Shown here in pieces: positions 25,020 through 41,903 of a stretch of 64,000 nucleotides of DNA (position 1 is its first letter; the number at the start of each line of letters is the position of its first letter). The notes under the pieces are model-generated. The model ran no database searches. It worked only from the letters and a program-made list of their open reading frames with translations, and was not told the origin of the DNA. The stretch lies in contig CM082589.2 of assembly GCA_040954595.2 (NCBI GenBank), forward strand, positions 393,423 through 457,422, given 5' to 3'. Position numbers and translations under genes: made by a program. Origin of the DNA: Balanoglossus misakiensis. Taxonomy: Eukaryota > Animalia > Hemichordata.

Positions 25020-27191
25020 CACAAGAAGGAAGTGCATGGCTTCATGTTTATTGTAGGCCGACCACGATATTTGCTGAATAAAGATGATAATTAACACATT
25101 AAAGTAGGGTACGGTGGCTGTGGGTTTTCACATTTTAGAAAAAAAATATAACAGTGAATATGATATTTACGGTTCTGTTGTCCAGCGAAGAATCCGGACG
25201 ATAATGGCACGTGTGTAAGTTTACGTGGATGTTTTGATGCATGTTATCACTTCGAGTCAACGTTGGTGGCGCTCTAAATTGAGAATCTCGTCACTTGCAT
25301 GTGCAAGATTCTCGTTTCTTCTGCTTTTGGGTAACATTACCAATTAATGCACAATTCAGACATCATAAAACGTGTACATTTAACAATAAATATGGCAAAT
25401 CATCATCATCACCACCACCACCACAACCACAATATAACAACAACAACTTTGAATCAGCCTGAATGGTAGACCAATAATTCTGCTACTAGTACATGTACGA
25501 CCATGCATGGTACGTGTACTAGCCCATAGTACACGTGTCGCTGTGTTATCTGATCTTTGTTTCCCACTATAGCAGGTGGTTGTGTTTTTACCGGATGGAT
25601 TGCGATGTCTGTACAAATCATTTGATGTTATCTTGCTTTATTATTAGATCTGTATCACCACTTGAACTCTATCAGGATATTGGCCAATGGGAACAGCTAC
25701 ACGTCACATGTCTTCCCCAATTATATTTCACCACATATATTAATATATGATTTAAAAACCATACAGTGGTCCCATTCATATCAGCTGAACCCGGTCTCTC
25801 TCCGTCCTGCAAGTTGCTGTTACAAACAGGTGAGATATATGACACTTTACATTGCTCACATTGAAAAAAGTAAGTCGCATCTTTTGTGAGATTCTTCACA
25901 ACAATATCTTCGGCATTGGGATTCTTTCTTGCTGGTGATTATTTGAAATATTTAAAATATTTCAAAATACTTGTTCAAAGTACAATTACAACCCCTGGAA
26001 ACCTTTTCGTCGTAAGTTCACCTGAGAAATTGTGGGGAAAAAGAACTTTAAAATTAATTGATGCAGGCGTATATTGGTGTGTGCGTGTGATTGTGAGCAT
26101 GGAATCTTTATTATACTTTATATTCTACTCCAATTTCTATTCAAACACATGATTTGTCCAGACTTTCGGCGATACAAAGTCCTTTCTGTTAGTGAGGATC
26201 ATTCCGTACCACCCTTTTATTTTCAGGTCGTAAAAGAACGGTGACTACTACTTTGTAGTATCCTCAAACTTTCAAGTTGTTGAAAAAAAGAATCAAGATG
26301 ATCTCTCCACTCGTTTAATCAATTATATCTCTAGTACATTTAAGTTAAACTAATCATTGTCACTGTTATTTTCAGCCCATATGATCATCAACTTTTTTAA
26401 AAATGATTGCCGGGCATTTTGTTGTCAGCTACGTTCCCTCTTCCATATGGTTGAAAAGCGTACCACGTGGGTTTGGTCTCCGCGTGGTGACGTTCAGTCA
26501 GACCAGGTCACCGATATGGTGCTCGCTTCCTCGTTTCTTTGGTACACACGTTGTACACATAACAGGTGTAATGAACTCCCGATAGTCTCATGCAGATTAT
26601 ACATAAATTAACTCTAAATGTTAATGCAGTATGTGTACTGTGGTTTAATTTGTTGCAGTGGTCGTGTGTTTCTTCACAGAGAAACCACTTGCCACCCATT
26701 ATCGTGGTCGCCAAGAAAAACATCAAGCGCACACATCACGAGGAGCTAACATTGCTATCTTTGCAATATATTCAGACCCTCTCCCAAATATGATCTTTTA
26801 CAATAATTTACTTGTTGGGTCACAATTTAGGTTCTTTCCTGCGGAAGATACTTAACCTCTCTCGTTAGTCAAGTCACATCTTTGGCATGGGAAACCACCC
26901 GACAAACCACACCTGGTGTGTTTCTGTAATCGAGTGATTTGCATTATCTGAAATGATAACAAAGTCAATTTTCTATCGACCCCGAAAGAGAAGTAGATGA
27001 CAAAGAAATTTTGATTCGCTTCAGTAACAGTCACGACAAAAGTTAAGACTTTAAAAATTAGCAGTAAGCTTTTTTGTAAGTTTGTGTGTGTGTGTGTGGA
27101 AATGGAATGAGGTATTCGACCAATTCGTCTGTCGTGAATTACTTCGTATGTTCACCCGTTTCCTAAATGGTTCCCTACAGGTATATCAGCC

Positions 27192-30385
<3,194 letters not shown>

Positions 30386-32744
30386 GTGCTTAAACAGTAG
30401 CAAACAGTGGTGCTGAATGAATTGTGTATATTATCTGAAAAATGTCCTGAAATAAAACTTTGAAGTTGACAACAATCCCTTAGGTGACGAAACGTGTAAT
30501 TATCGACCTTGAATTTGGGTTGTGATTATCAAAGACTTGACCAAATTCTACATCAATATCAATGTACTATCTCAACTTTGTCGACTTATTGTGTGTCATT
30601 GTTTTCTTTAACACAGTAATGTATTTAGGCTCTAGTTGAATGGAGTTCTATTTCTAGCTCAGTAGAGGTTTATTTTATATGAAAAAAGCCAAAAACCTTA
30701 ATTTTAGAAACGTGATATATGTTTTATTTTGAAATCTTGTTCATTTGCCAACAACAATGTAAAACCAATAAACTTAAATCCATTATGCTTATGAAAATGT
30801 TATGATAAATGAATTTTTCCATCTGCTAAGTTTCAGTAAATTAAACTTTATTACAACTCACATTTCTCATTTAATCTAAAATGCGTAAGGAATCAAGAAA
30901 TACTTTACTTCCATATTTGTGGCAGAATAAAAGACGTTTTGAAGTCTTTCCATCACTTGTCTGATTTATTCATTGTAGTTTTATCTCACAATTTGTGGAA
31001 ACACCATGGTTTATCTGAGGCCATCTGAAAATTGATGATACTTCCTGACAGCAGTCATAGACATTTCACACCCACCACTACATGTCAATGAAAACAAAAC
31101 TTTAATTCTTGCCAAAACTAAAAAGATAACAAATTTGAAAAAAAAAAGTTTACATGAGACTTTTCTGCAACTGCCAGATCCTGGACAGTCACATGACCAA
31201 GAGTATACAACAAAGTAGCAAAATCTGCGATTTTTTACTGCATATAAAATATAAGTAATACGCCCACCATCTTTGAACAAGTGATGAACTAATGATCTTG
31301 TATTTGTACAGAGTTGAACTCATCAAACAGAAAATCAATGTCTAAATGCTTTCACAAAATAGAATATCTAACAGTTCAACAGAAGGAACAAAAATATTCA
31401 AAAAGAGTATTGTAAGCTGTTTATTCCTCACAAGATTATCTCAACGAAAACCAATAGGATTCACAGGCATACATAGAATGCTTTCGCATCTTTCTGGTGA
31501 TAACTGCTCTGTGAGAATTTATCTGTTTCTGTGCTTTTTAGGAAAAAGCTTATGTAATGGCTGGTCAGCTATCTTTAAATAATAATTATTATACTTCACC
31601 TCATATTCATTCTGCCTGCATATTTATAAAAATACAACACAAATTATACTTAAAGATGAAACTACTAGTACCACTAACACCATTTGCAATCTGGTTTTGT
31701 AGGGTTGTATTCTTTGTCATGGCACTAACAATTACTTGTCGTTATGGTTGGCCAATGGTTTTCAGCTTTTAAGCACCTAGTATATCAATTGATTTTATTA
31801 AGCAGAAATAACTGGCAGGTAAGCAGTTTATTGCTGTGTCGTTCAAAGAACTCAAGCTGTGGCAAATGTTGCACCCTAATTTACCACCATTTCCTCTACA
31901 CAGGTTCAACCATGTCCATGTCAACAATATGGCTGGACAACAATCTGGTGATGCTGTTCATGGGAAGTAGTGGGTACAGTCAGTGCATCTGATGCAGCAG
32001 TCATCATCAGCTGCAATCTGATGATATACCTTATCAGATTGCAACATGATTGGTCACATCCCAGGTGTTGCATATACATCAACCAATCAGGTGCACCCTC
32101 AAGAGTATCCATACATGTATAACAATGACAATAAGAATACTATGAAGACACAGCAATGTACAACTCCTCTGACCAGTAAAAATCTCATGGCTGTAACTTT
32201 CAATAGAAACCACAACAAAGCATAAGTTAATAACTAGGTACTACTGCAGGGAGTTTTGAAGACCCTAACAAAGTGCCAACATACAGCAAGCTCAAAAAAT
32301 GCACCAGAGGGTCTCTTTCACGTGAAATGCACCAAGTGTTAAATAGAACTCAAAAGAAAATCATTACATAAATGCAAGAACATCTGGTATAATGTTATAC
32401 TAAATAATCTTCTTTGAATAAACACCTGATTATGTTTAACAAATATTATAAATGATAGTTTAAACATTTCACATTTTCATCTGACTTTTTACCTGACAAA
32501 CCAATCAATAAAGTCAAGGGAAATAAATTATTCTTCCTTTCCAAATTTATATGAAATGTTCAAATTGTTGCTTACTTATGTGGGTTACTCCATAGCATAA
32601 TAAACATCCATCCTTGAATGACTTTTGACACAATGTCTTCAAAACTCCCTGATGACAAAAGGTCCCATGACTTCTCAGATGACAAGACACGAAACTCCAC
32701 AAATCACAAGAGTGGAGATAACATATTGTGAGAGAGTTGATCTT

Positions 32745-33826
<1,082 letters not shown>

Positions 33827-34475
33827 TCATTCAATCCAAATCAACACCTCAGGCTCTCCCTTCCAACAGTGCAATGCAACTGATCTGTATCAAATCAATT
33901 CTAGAAAATGCTTATACATATTTTAGATTACATACATCTGTTCCACGAACGCCAATGTTTTGAGATTGTTCGACAACAGAGACGGGAAGGGGAAGTGATC
34001 GTGTGGGTAAATATCTGAGATGGTTCCTTTTACCGATTATGAATGACAAAAACAGTTTGGATCGATTGGTCTAAGGAATTTGAACCAAACGGTGACGAAA
34101 ACCTGTGTCACTGTTTATCGACACACCAGTGTACTAACAACAAACAGAGTTGTTTCGCATTTGTGATAATGATTTTGAGATCTCAGAATTCGTACTCCTA
34201 CAAAGTTGTCATATACAACTAGTCCCACTTTGAAGCACTATTAAAAGCACAACCAAATGCTGGTCTGCCGTCGATTACAGAAATAACTGCTCGTCACGAT
34301 GTTCATGTTGATGATGACACAGCTTCCATTCTGAACAACAAGGTCGTTTTTTCGAGTTTTAAATCAGTATTATGAAATCATACCTGTTAAGGACTGATTT
34401 TTCCAACCGTTTATATCAACAAGACTTCATATATTAAAAATGTCATGAATTGTTTCGTCCAGTTTAAAGTATTAC

Positions 34476-34632
34476 CTTGCAAATCGAGACGATTCCGAGC
34501 AGATCTTTGATGTTTTTGTCCAGTTTCTTGCCAACCGGCGAGGCACAGATACCCGGATGTTAAACTGCCCTCTTCGGTCGTAGAGGATTGTGGGTTTGAC
34601 CTTTGGCCTGACCTTTTCTGTGTCGGCTAAAC
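34476..34632. promoter_or_regulatory. Compact bidirectional promoter ELOC (-)/DDX24 (+)
   Basis: Probable ELOC non-coding first-exon donor at ~34475 (CAAG|gtaat, minus strand) and DDX24 ATG at 34633. Contains an ETS-like ACCCGGATGT at 34551 and a YY1-like AAACATGGCG over the DDX24 start. Confidence 0.6.
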
Positions 34633-37600
34633 ATGGCGACTTCCATCAACACGCGTGGACGGAAGAAGAAAAATTCGAAGAGACAGAAATTAAAAAGTAA
34701 AGGCCAACTGATCGTCAAAGGGAAATGGAAATCGGTTAACGTAGACTCAGTAGACATACCATTGTTTGATGACACCGGAGGACTTACCCTTTTCGAAGAG
34801 CTTGACGACTATGATCTTGTAATTGAGAAGTCTGGAGGCAAAAAGAACGATGTCGAGGATGAAGAAATAACTGTAAGTTTAGTTATTCCATAGACAGTAG
34901 TTATGGTTAACCATGGAGGTACTCTCTAGTACCTCCATGGGTTAACTGAAGCTTCGGGTCAGTAGCTCTAGGCTTTGCCTATTGGTTTGTGGATTAATCG
35001 GGGAAACCACAAAGCATTGATGAGGTTGTTCTATGCCATGGAATATGCAGTTTGACCTCGATTTTCAGATGATGCTTATACACGTACGCTGCTACAGTCT
35101 ACTTTCAGATTTGTTTATTCATACATGTAGTGTGGACAATAACATTGCCTCTTGTTTGCCAATCAACAGGACAGTCAAATAGAACAATTTAAAGGAAAGT
35201 CTGAGAAAAAGGTGAAAAAACGTAAGAAGCAGGGGGATAAAATTGAAAGTGAACCCCCTAAGAAAAAGAAGAAAAAGAAACCAATACAAAAAGAGGTAGG
35301 TAGGTCTGTGTGTGTCTTGAATTATGTGAATGACATCAATCGTTGGCATTTGTAAGAATGTAATTTGAAATGTTTTTGTTGATAGACAAAGTCAGAGAAA
35401 ATAGTTGAACTGGAATCACCAATGGATGAAGAGACAAGTAAGGATGTTGAAGAAGACAGTTGTCAAGGTGATGAAGAAGATGCCTTGGTTGAGGAAGAAG
35501 ATGAAGAATGGAAAAGTATGTAATGAGTTTTAAGCAAATATTCAAGCAATTCTTCATGTTTTGAAGAGTAGAACAAGAAACCACAGACTACAGTACGTTG
35601 ATACAAAAATAGCCCAGTGTTTTAGTTACAAGAGCAATAAGTGTTAAAACAACGTTTTCTTTCTTTTTTAGATGTTGAAATGTCAGACTGGTTGAATTTA
35701 TTTGTACCTGAGCCAGTTTTACATGGATTAGCAGATCAGCAGTTTACCAAACCAACCCCAATCCAAATGAAATGTCTACCATCAGCTATTCGAGATTATC
35801 AGGATATTGTTGGAGCAGCTGAAACTGTTAGTAATAACACAAATATCAGAGCAGATGGGTGTTGGAAAGTAGAAAACTTTGCACTGGCAGTCAGTTTTAT
35901 TGAGTTTGTTTCAAATATTGGCTATGTATCATGTTCACTTCTAGAGATCAGATATCTCAGTATTGCTTTCTGTTTGTAAAAATACAATTGGTTATATGTA
36001 TACTGTTGCTCGTTATACCGTCTCTGAGTTGCATTTCTGATCTGTCGAGGTTAACCCAATAGAAATCTCTTCTCCCCAAAAGGGAAGTGGGAAGACTCTA
36101 GCATTTGGTATCCCCATATTGCATCACATTCTGAAGATTCAGGAGAAGGGAGAAAGGCAGAGAGATGGTTTGCTTGGGTTGATTTTGACACCGACAAGAG
36201 AGCTGGCCATTCAAGTGAAAAACCATTTAGTGGCTGTTTCCAAGTATACCGATATTAAGGTGAGACAAAGATCTATTGCTATAATTTTTATTTAGCAAGG
36301 ACTTTGTTATTTACAGTGATTTTCAATTAACATAAGATATGCTTGAGGTACTTGAGAAATCTGATTCATCTACCTGCAATCATTTTATGGTCCAGCAACA
36401 TTATTTGTAAATCTTTAATTTTGTCTAGATTGCTGTGGTTGTTGGAGGGATGTCAGCTCAAAAACAAGAAAGAATTCTGAAAAAGAAACCACAGATTGTC
36501 ATAGCAACTCCAGGAAGATTGTGGGAATTGATACAACAGGTACACAGCTGTTCTTCTGCTAACAGTCTTTTGATGTCATCTTATTTGTACTTTACCCTTT
36601 CACCACTATAGTCCAGTCCAAATCCATTGTTTTCTATGGTAATGTTGGGCTTCTAAAGAGGGAATTTGGGGTGAAATGCTAAGAATGTATTTTTTGTTCA
36701 TCTCTCTAGGGTGAGCCCCATCTAAATACTGTGATCGGTGTTAAATACCTTGTACTAGATGAAGCAGATAGAATGGTTGAGAAGGGTCACTATGCAGAAC
36801 TCACAAGTCTCTTAGATCTGATCAATGGGTAAGATTTGCAAATGATTATGCACATGTGTTTGTAGAAAAGTTCATTTACTATAACTGGGAAGCAAGGATG
36901 TCTGCTCACATAGTACTCTACACCACAAAAATATTTGCATTATTATAACTTGTAATCTAGGAAAATATGAAGGTGTTGCTAAATGTGGTTACTTTTCCTG
37001 CAATCTTCAGGAGTGAAACGCCTCAGAAAAGACAGACGTTTGTATTTTCAGCCACATTGACAATGATACATCTTGGACCTGACAGAAAACTTATGAAAAC
37101 AAAATATAACATCAGCAAAGAACAAAAATTAGGTAAGAGATACTTGTAAGCTATGCTCTCTTAATGGACCTGTCTTGACTTATAGTTTCAATTCATTCTA
37201 AAAGAGAGACATTGTTATAGTAGCTTGAATGTTTTATCCTTTCCTTATTTTGATTAGATTCTCTCATTGCCAAGATTGGTATCCGTGAGGATCAGATGAA
37301 AGTGGTTGATTTGACCAAAAAGGAGATGATTGTAGAAACATTGACAGAAGCCAAGATCAATTGCAGTTTGGAAGAAAAGGTTTGTTAATTGTCTTGGACA
37401 TATTTTACAGAAATGTTTTGACCTGAAAGAATTGATTAACCATATGTGTGCATTCATGCAGAAACTTCAAAAACACACCAAAAATGTGTATCATGATTCG
37501 TATTACTTATTCCTGTTCTAAATGTTCATTTTTGTTTTACAGGACTTTTATTTATTTTATTTTCTGCTGCAATACCCTGGACGTACGTTAGTGTTCACGA

Positions 37601-39379
37601 ATAGCATTGACTGTATCAGACGATTAATCTCAGTTTTCACACTACTTGTAAGGAAACCACTGCCTCTACATGCTAATATGCATCAAAAACAAAGATTGAA
37701 GAATCTTGAGAGATTTTCATCTGACCCAAATGGGTTGCTATTGGCAACAGATGTAGCTGCAAGAGGATTGGATATTCCCAATGTCCAACATGTTGTTCAT
37801 TATCAAGTTCCAAGAACGGCTGAGGTAATCACTTTATGACATAATTGTTTTAGATTTGTATGAACTCTTTTAGCCCAACTTTGAAGATGTCATTCAAATG
37901 AGAATACAGGGATAACCTTAGAGCAAAGAATGGAATATTTTGACAGTTTTTATTGAAATCTTTGTGGTTATTTATGATTGGCACATGACTCTATTTCTGT
38001 TTTGACTGACAGATTTACGTTCATCGAAGTGGTCGTACTGCTCGAGCAACAAAAGAAGGACTGAGTTTGATGTTGATTGGTGCAGATGACGTGGCACATT
38101 ACAAAAGACTTTGTAAAACTCTTAACAGGGGTAAATATGATGATGTAGACAATATGGAATATCAGGAATTATTAATATATACTTCCATAAATGGTTAAAA
38201 TAATGTCCTTTGAAAATATCAGTTACTATTATATTAGCATTAATGAAGAGAAATATCATGTATGTTTTTTTTCCTTATTTACATTCAGATGAAGAGATCC
38301 CAGTGTTTCCAGTTGAAATGAAATATTTGACGGCTGTGAAGGAAAGAGTGAACACTGCAAGGAGATTGGACAAAATGGAACATCAGTTTATGAAAAAGAA
38401 ACATCACAATGACTGGTTTACAAAAGCTGCTAAAGAGCTTGACATTGACCTTGATGAAGATCTCTGGTATCCTTTGGCAGATAAATGTTCTTTTGGAGAA
38501 TGTCAGGTTCTGTTTGATACCAAAATTAAATTTTGTTGCTGAGGGTTTATGTCTCTTAACGTCAATGATGGTTATAATCTTTACAGCTCAGGCCCAGCAT
38601 TAGTTTTTCAGAATAAAGCATATGTGCTTGAAGCACACACTACCATAACCATCTGATGGTGCATGTGGATGAAAGGATTTGATATAAATAACTTCTGATT
38701 CACTATTTGATTTTCCTTGAGTGAATTTTTAGTCTGCATGACATGGGAGATAACTATGAACAAAAACAACATGAGAGAAAGGTGAAGAATTTGAAAAGTA
38801 AGTATCAGCATCTTTTACTTATGTTCTCCTCTTTAGCGGTTTTTGTCATATGTTAATTTCGGTTTGCACATTTCAACTGCACACTGCTTACCTTCCAAAT
38901 TTTAGGATGTATAATACAGATTTCAGTAGTTACACACTGTTTTAAGTCTGTCATTTTCAAGTTAACAAAGGTTCTTTGTATGTTCATTGTTATTTCAGTG
39001 GATTTGAAATCTCTGTTACAGAAGCCAATCTTTCCCAAAGGATATTCAACATTATATCCAACTGTTGCTGGACGTCTTTCAGTCCCAATGATGCACAGTA
39101 AGTAGATAATCTTACAGCAAAAAAAATGCATCAAAAGCCCAAAACTTTTGGCTACCCATACTGAAATGTAGCTATAGCTAATAGAGCTACAAGAAGTCGA
39201 AATTTAAATTTTATATGATGTTTATATAATTTTTCCCAACAGGTAATGCATCCCAGCATTCCATGAGTGCAATAACAGCAGTGAAACGTGATAGAAAGGA
39301 AACTGGTGGATTTACACAAACTATCAAGTTGCCAAGGAAACAGAAATCTAAAAAGCACCGACGGAAAAGGAAAAAATAA
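34633..39379 (+). CDS. DDX24: ATP-dependent DEAD-box RNA helicase DDX24 (Mak5 orthologue), multi-exon
   Basis: N-terminal GKWKSV...[11 protein letters not shown]. Helicase motifs [127 protein letters not shown]. Basic C-terminus ending ...KHRRKRKK*. Confidence 0.95.
36591..36682. mobile_element. Second copy of the TTAACCCTT..CACCAC family repeat, in a DDX24 intron
   Basis: TTTACCCTTTCACCACTATAG...CCAAATCCATTGTTTTCTATGG...GGGGTGAAATGCTAA has degenerate inverted ends and similarity to 8367-8449. Confidence 0.6.
38467..38732 (+). other. Probable U12-type (minor spliceosome) GT-AG intron in DDX24
   Basis: 5' site GTATCCTTT, branch-like TTTTCCTTGAG about 11 nt before the AG, and no long polypyrimidine tract. 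Splicing keeps the frame (DEDLC|LHDMGD). Confidence 0.85.
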
Positions 39380-39584
39380 GAACAGAAGTTGTTTCTAAAC
39401 ATTGATGTTGGAAGATATCCCATCAGAGCAAATCTTTAAAATACAATTATTTACCTGTATTCCATAAATGTCAACAAACAATAAACATCATGCAGACTAA
39501 ATGGTATTTGAAATATATGTAGTGTTTTTAGCTCTATGAACTCAGTGGCTCTACAAAGTCAAGTACAAGGATTTGGATTGTCAT

Positions 39585-41903
39585 TCATTCTTCACCCGAG
39601 TGATACTCTGTGAAGATTGGAGAACCTAAATCGGAATGCGAATTTGAAATCCAAACTGTATTTACATCACTTGCATGAACTAATTTAGTGTCATAAGTCT
39701 GAATGACTGCATCTCTCATCACAACTTCAGTATTAACAGCAACATCTGTGAATCCACGCAATGGGAGATTCAAATCTTCATTGTCATTTATATTACTTTT
39801 ACTGTTTTTTATTTTTTTATTTTTCATCCATGTGACGTACTGTCCTGGAATGCAGATCAAACCCCCAATCAGATGCAAGCACCCAAGTGCATAGAAAGAG
39901 TTGTCATAGTTACCAGTGACATCATAGATGTATCCTGTATGAATGAAGGGGAACAAAGAAAGCAGTCGATTTAATGATAGATACAATAAGAAATGATAGT
40001 GTAGTGTTTTCATCCTTTTAGTTGCAAGTGAATGAAATCAGCTAGAAGTTACCCTTTTTGACAGGTCAGTTGCAGGTATATGTTGTTTACCATAAGTGCA
40101 TTTGATGAAGTCTTTCAAACCTCTGAGTAAATCATGGTTTATCAGAAAAGTAACAACATGACCGTACCTGCAAGTGGCGGCCCAAGAAGAACAGCAATCC
40201 CAGCTGGGCACAGTAATATAGGCATGGCACTCAGGAAGTTTTTACCTCCAACATATTCTTTAATGCAGACTATACATACTGACATGTAAACACCAGAACC
40301 TAATCCTACAATTGCTATCAAGGCAACAAAGCCTGCATACGAAAGAGCAAAGTAAGGGATCATTAAAGCCACCCCGACCACAAATATACTTAGAATGTAG
40401 AAGTTAGTGGCTGATATGATTTTGCGCTGTACTATAATGCCACCACCAGCCCTGCCAATAAAACCAGTAAGCCCCAAGACAGAAACAAGCCAAGCAGTTT
40501 GCTGCAAAGTGGAAACACGCATAACATTTGCACGTGATTGCATATGCACAACGGACCCTAGCAACCCTGATGTAGTACAGGTGAAGGAGAGTGAAAGAAG
40601 AGTTAATCTCAAATAATCACAAAATAAAAGACGCAGGACATATAAACAACCGCAGCTTGGTTTTTGCTTTTTACTCTGTACCTTTTCAGTGGCATTATCA
40701 TTATAATCATGATCATCTGTTTTTGTTTTTGGCCTTGCATACATAACCACTGGTCTCATGAGTGCACCGCCAATGGTGACATGAGCGCAAATGGCGGAGA
40801 GAATCAACATGGATGCCCTCCAGCCAAATTTTTGAAGGCAGGCTTGAAGTATAGGTGGAAGAATGATCATACAGAAGCCACAGCCAGATATGGCTATTCC
40901 GTTGACAAGCGCATGTTTCGTGGGAAAATAAATTGCCAGCATTTCAAAGCTTGGAGGTAAAGATACAGCGAGTCCAACACCTGAAAAAAGATGTAACAAA
41001 TATTGAGAAAAGTGCATGGGTATCGAGAGAGGGAAGGAAGGACTTTGACTGATTTTAATAAATAGAAAATAAACGTAAAGTTTGTCAAGTGAAGTTGTTT
41101 GTTCTGTACATACCTGATAGAACACCAACACTTCCGTAGAGAAATTTCAATGTGGGTGCAAAATAACTGATAAAGAATCCCAGGAAACCTAGCACTCCAC
41201 CGATCATAATTGCAATACGGTGACCAACCATCTTCGTCAAGAATGCACCCAAAAAACCTGTCAACAGATTCATCAACGGTGTTCAGATTATTTATTTGTT
41301 TTGACCTATTTATTGATCACATATTTGTTTCATGATACATCATGAATCTCAAAGTTTGTGTTTAAATATTTGATGTGTTGTCAAGCACATCAAACTAACA
41401 TAAATTACTTTGATTTGTATATTGATCTTCTGTAGTATTCATAATTGAATGATCATGTGTGCGTGTCACTGTAGATAAAGGTGTTGGTCTTGTCAATGTG
41501 GAGGGACTACCATGCTGTATCAAACCAGACAGATTATATTTGAAAACGATCTTTCACGCTTCACAAGATTTAAAGGCCTCTTATAAAGGGATTTTTCCTC
41601 ATTGTAAATGAAATAAAATGGACAGTGCATGCATGATAATATGTCCTTGCTTTCCTCACCTCCACTGAATACAATACATGGCAAAATTGAAAATATCCAG
41701 GAAGTGGCTTCTGCACTCGATTCGAAGTATCTTCGTAAATCGATGAAAAGTGGACTCAGTGATTGAACCAATCCTGTCGTCATGAATTGAATTATGAAAC
41801 TGCCGAGAACAACCATCCATCCCCAACCTCCATCTGGTCCAATCAGTTCTTGATTTGTGTTTTTACTTTTCATGTCTGAAACTAATTGTTTTACAGATCG
41901 CAT
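39585..41903 (-). CDS. Monocarboxylate transporter (SLC16/MCT family, MFS), 4 exons
   Basis: Exons 41660-41903, 41114-41257, 40168-40980, 39585-39934. Motifs PDGGWGWMVVLGSF, YFPTKHALVNGIAISG, FGWRASMLIL, GALMRP, LLGPPLAGYIYDVTGNYDNSFY. The start may be the second Met at ~41873. Confidence 0.92.

Noticed and set aside
24553-25045. ORFs MRMRMRMR... and the shared SLVPCPNPTAGCATLKGKG peptide
   Set aside because: These are translations of MITE hexamer repeats and of the two arms of one inverted repeat.
35018-35110. C/D-box snoRNA in DDX24 intron 1 (TGATGA seen)
   Set aside because: No properly placed CTGA D box or terminal stem was found.
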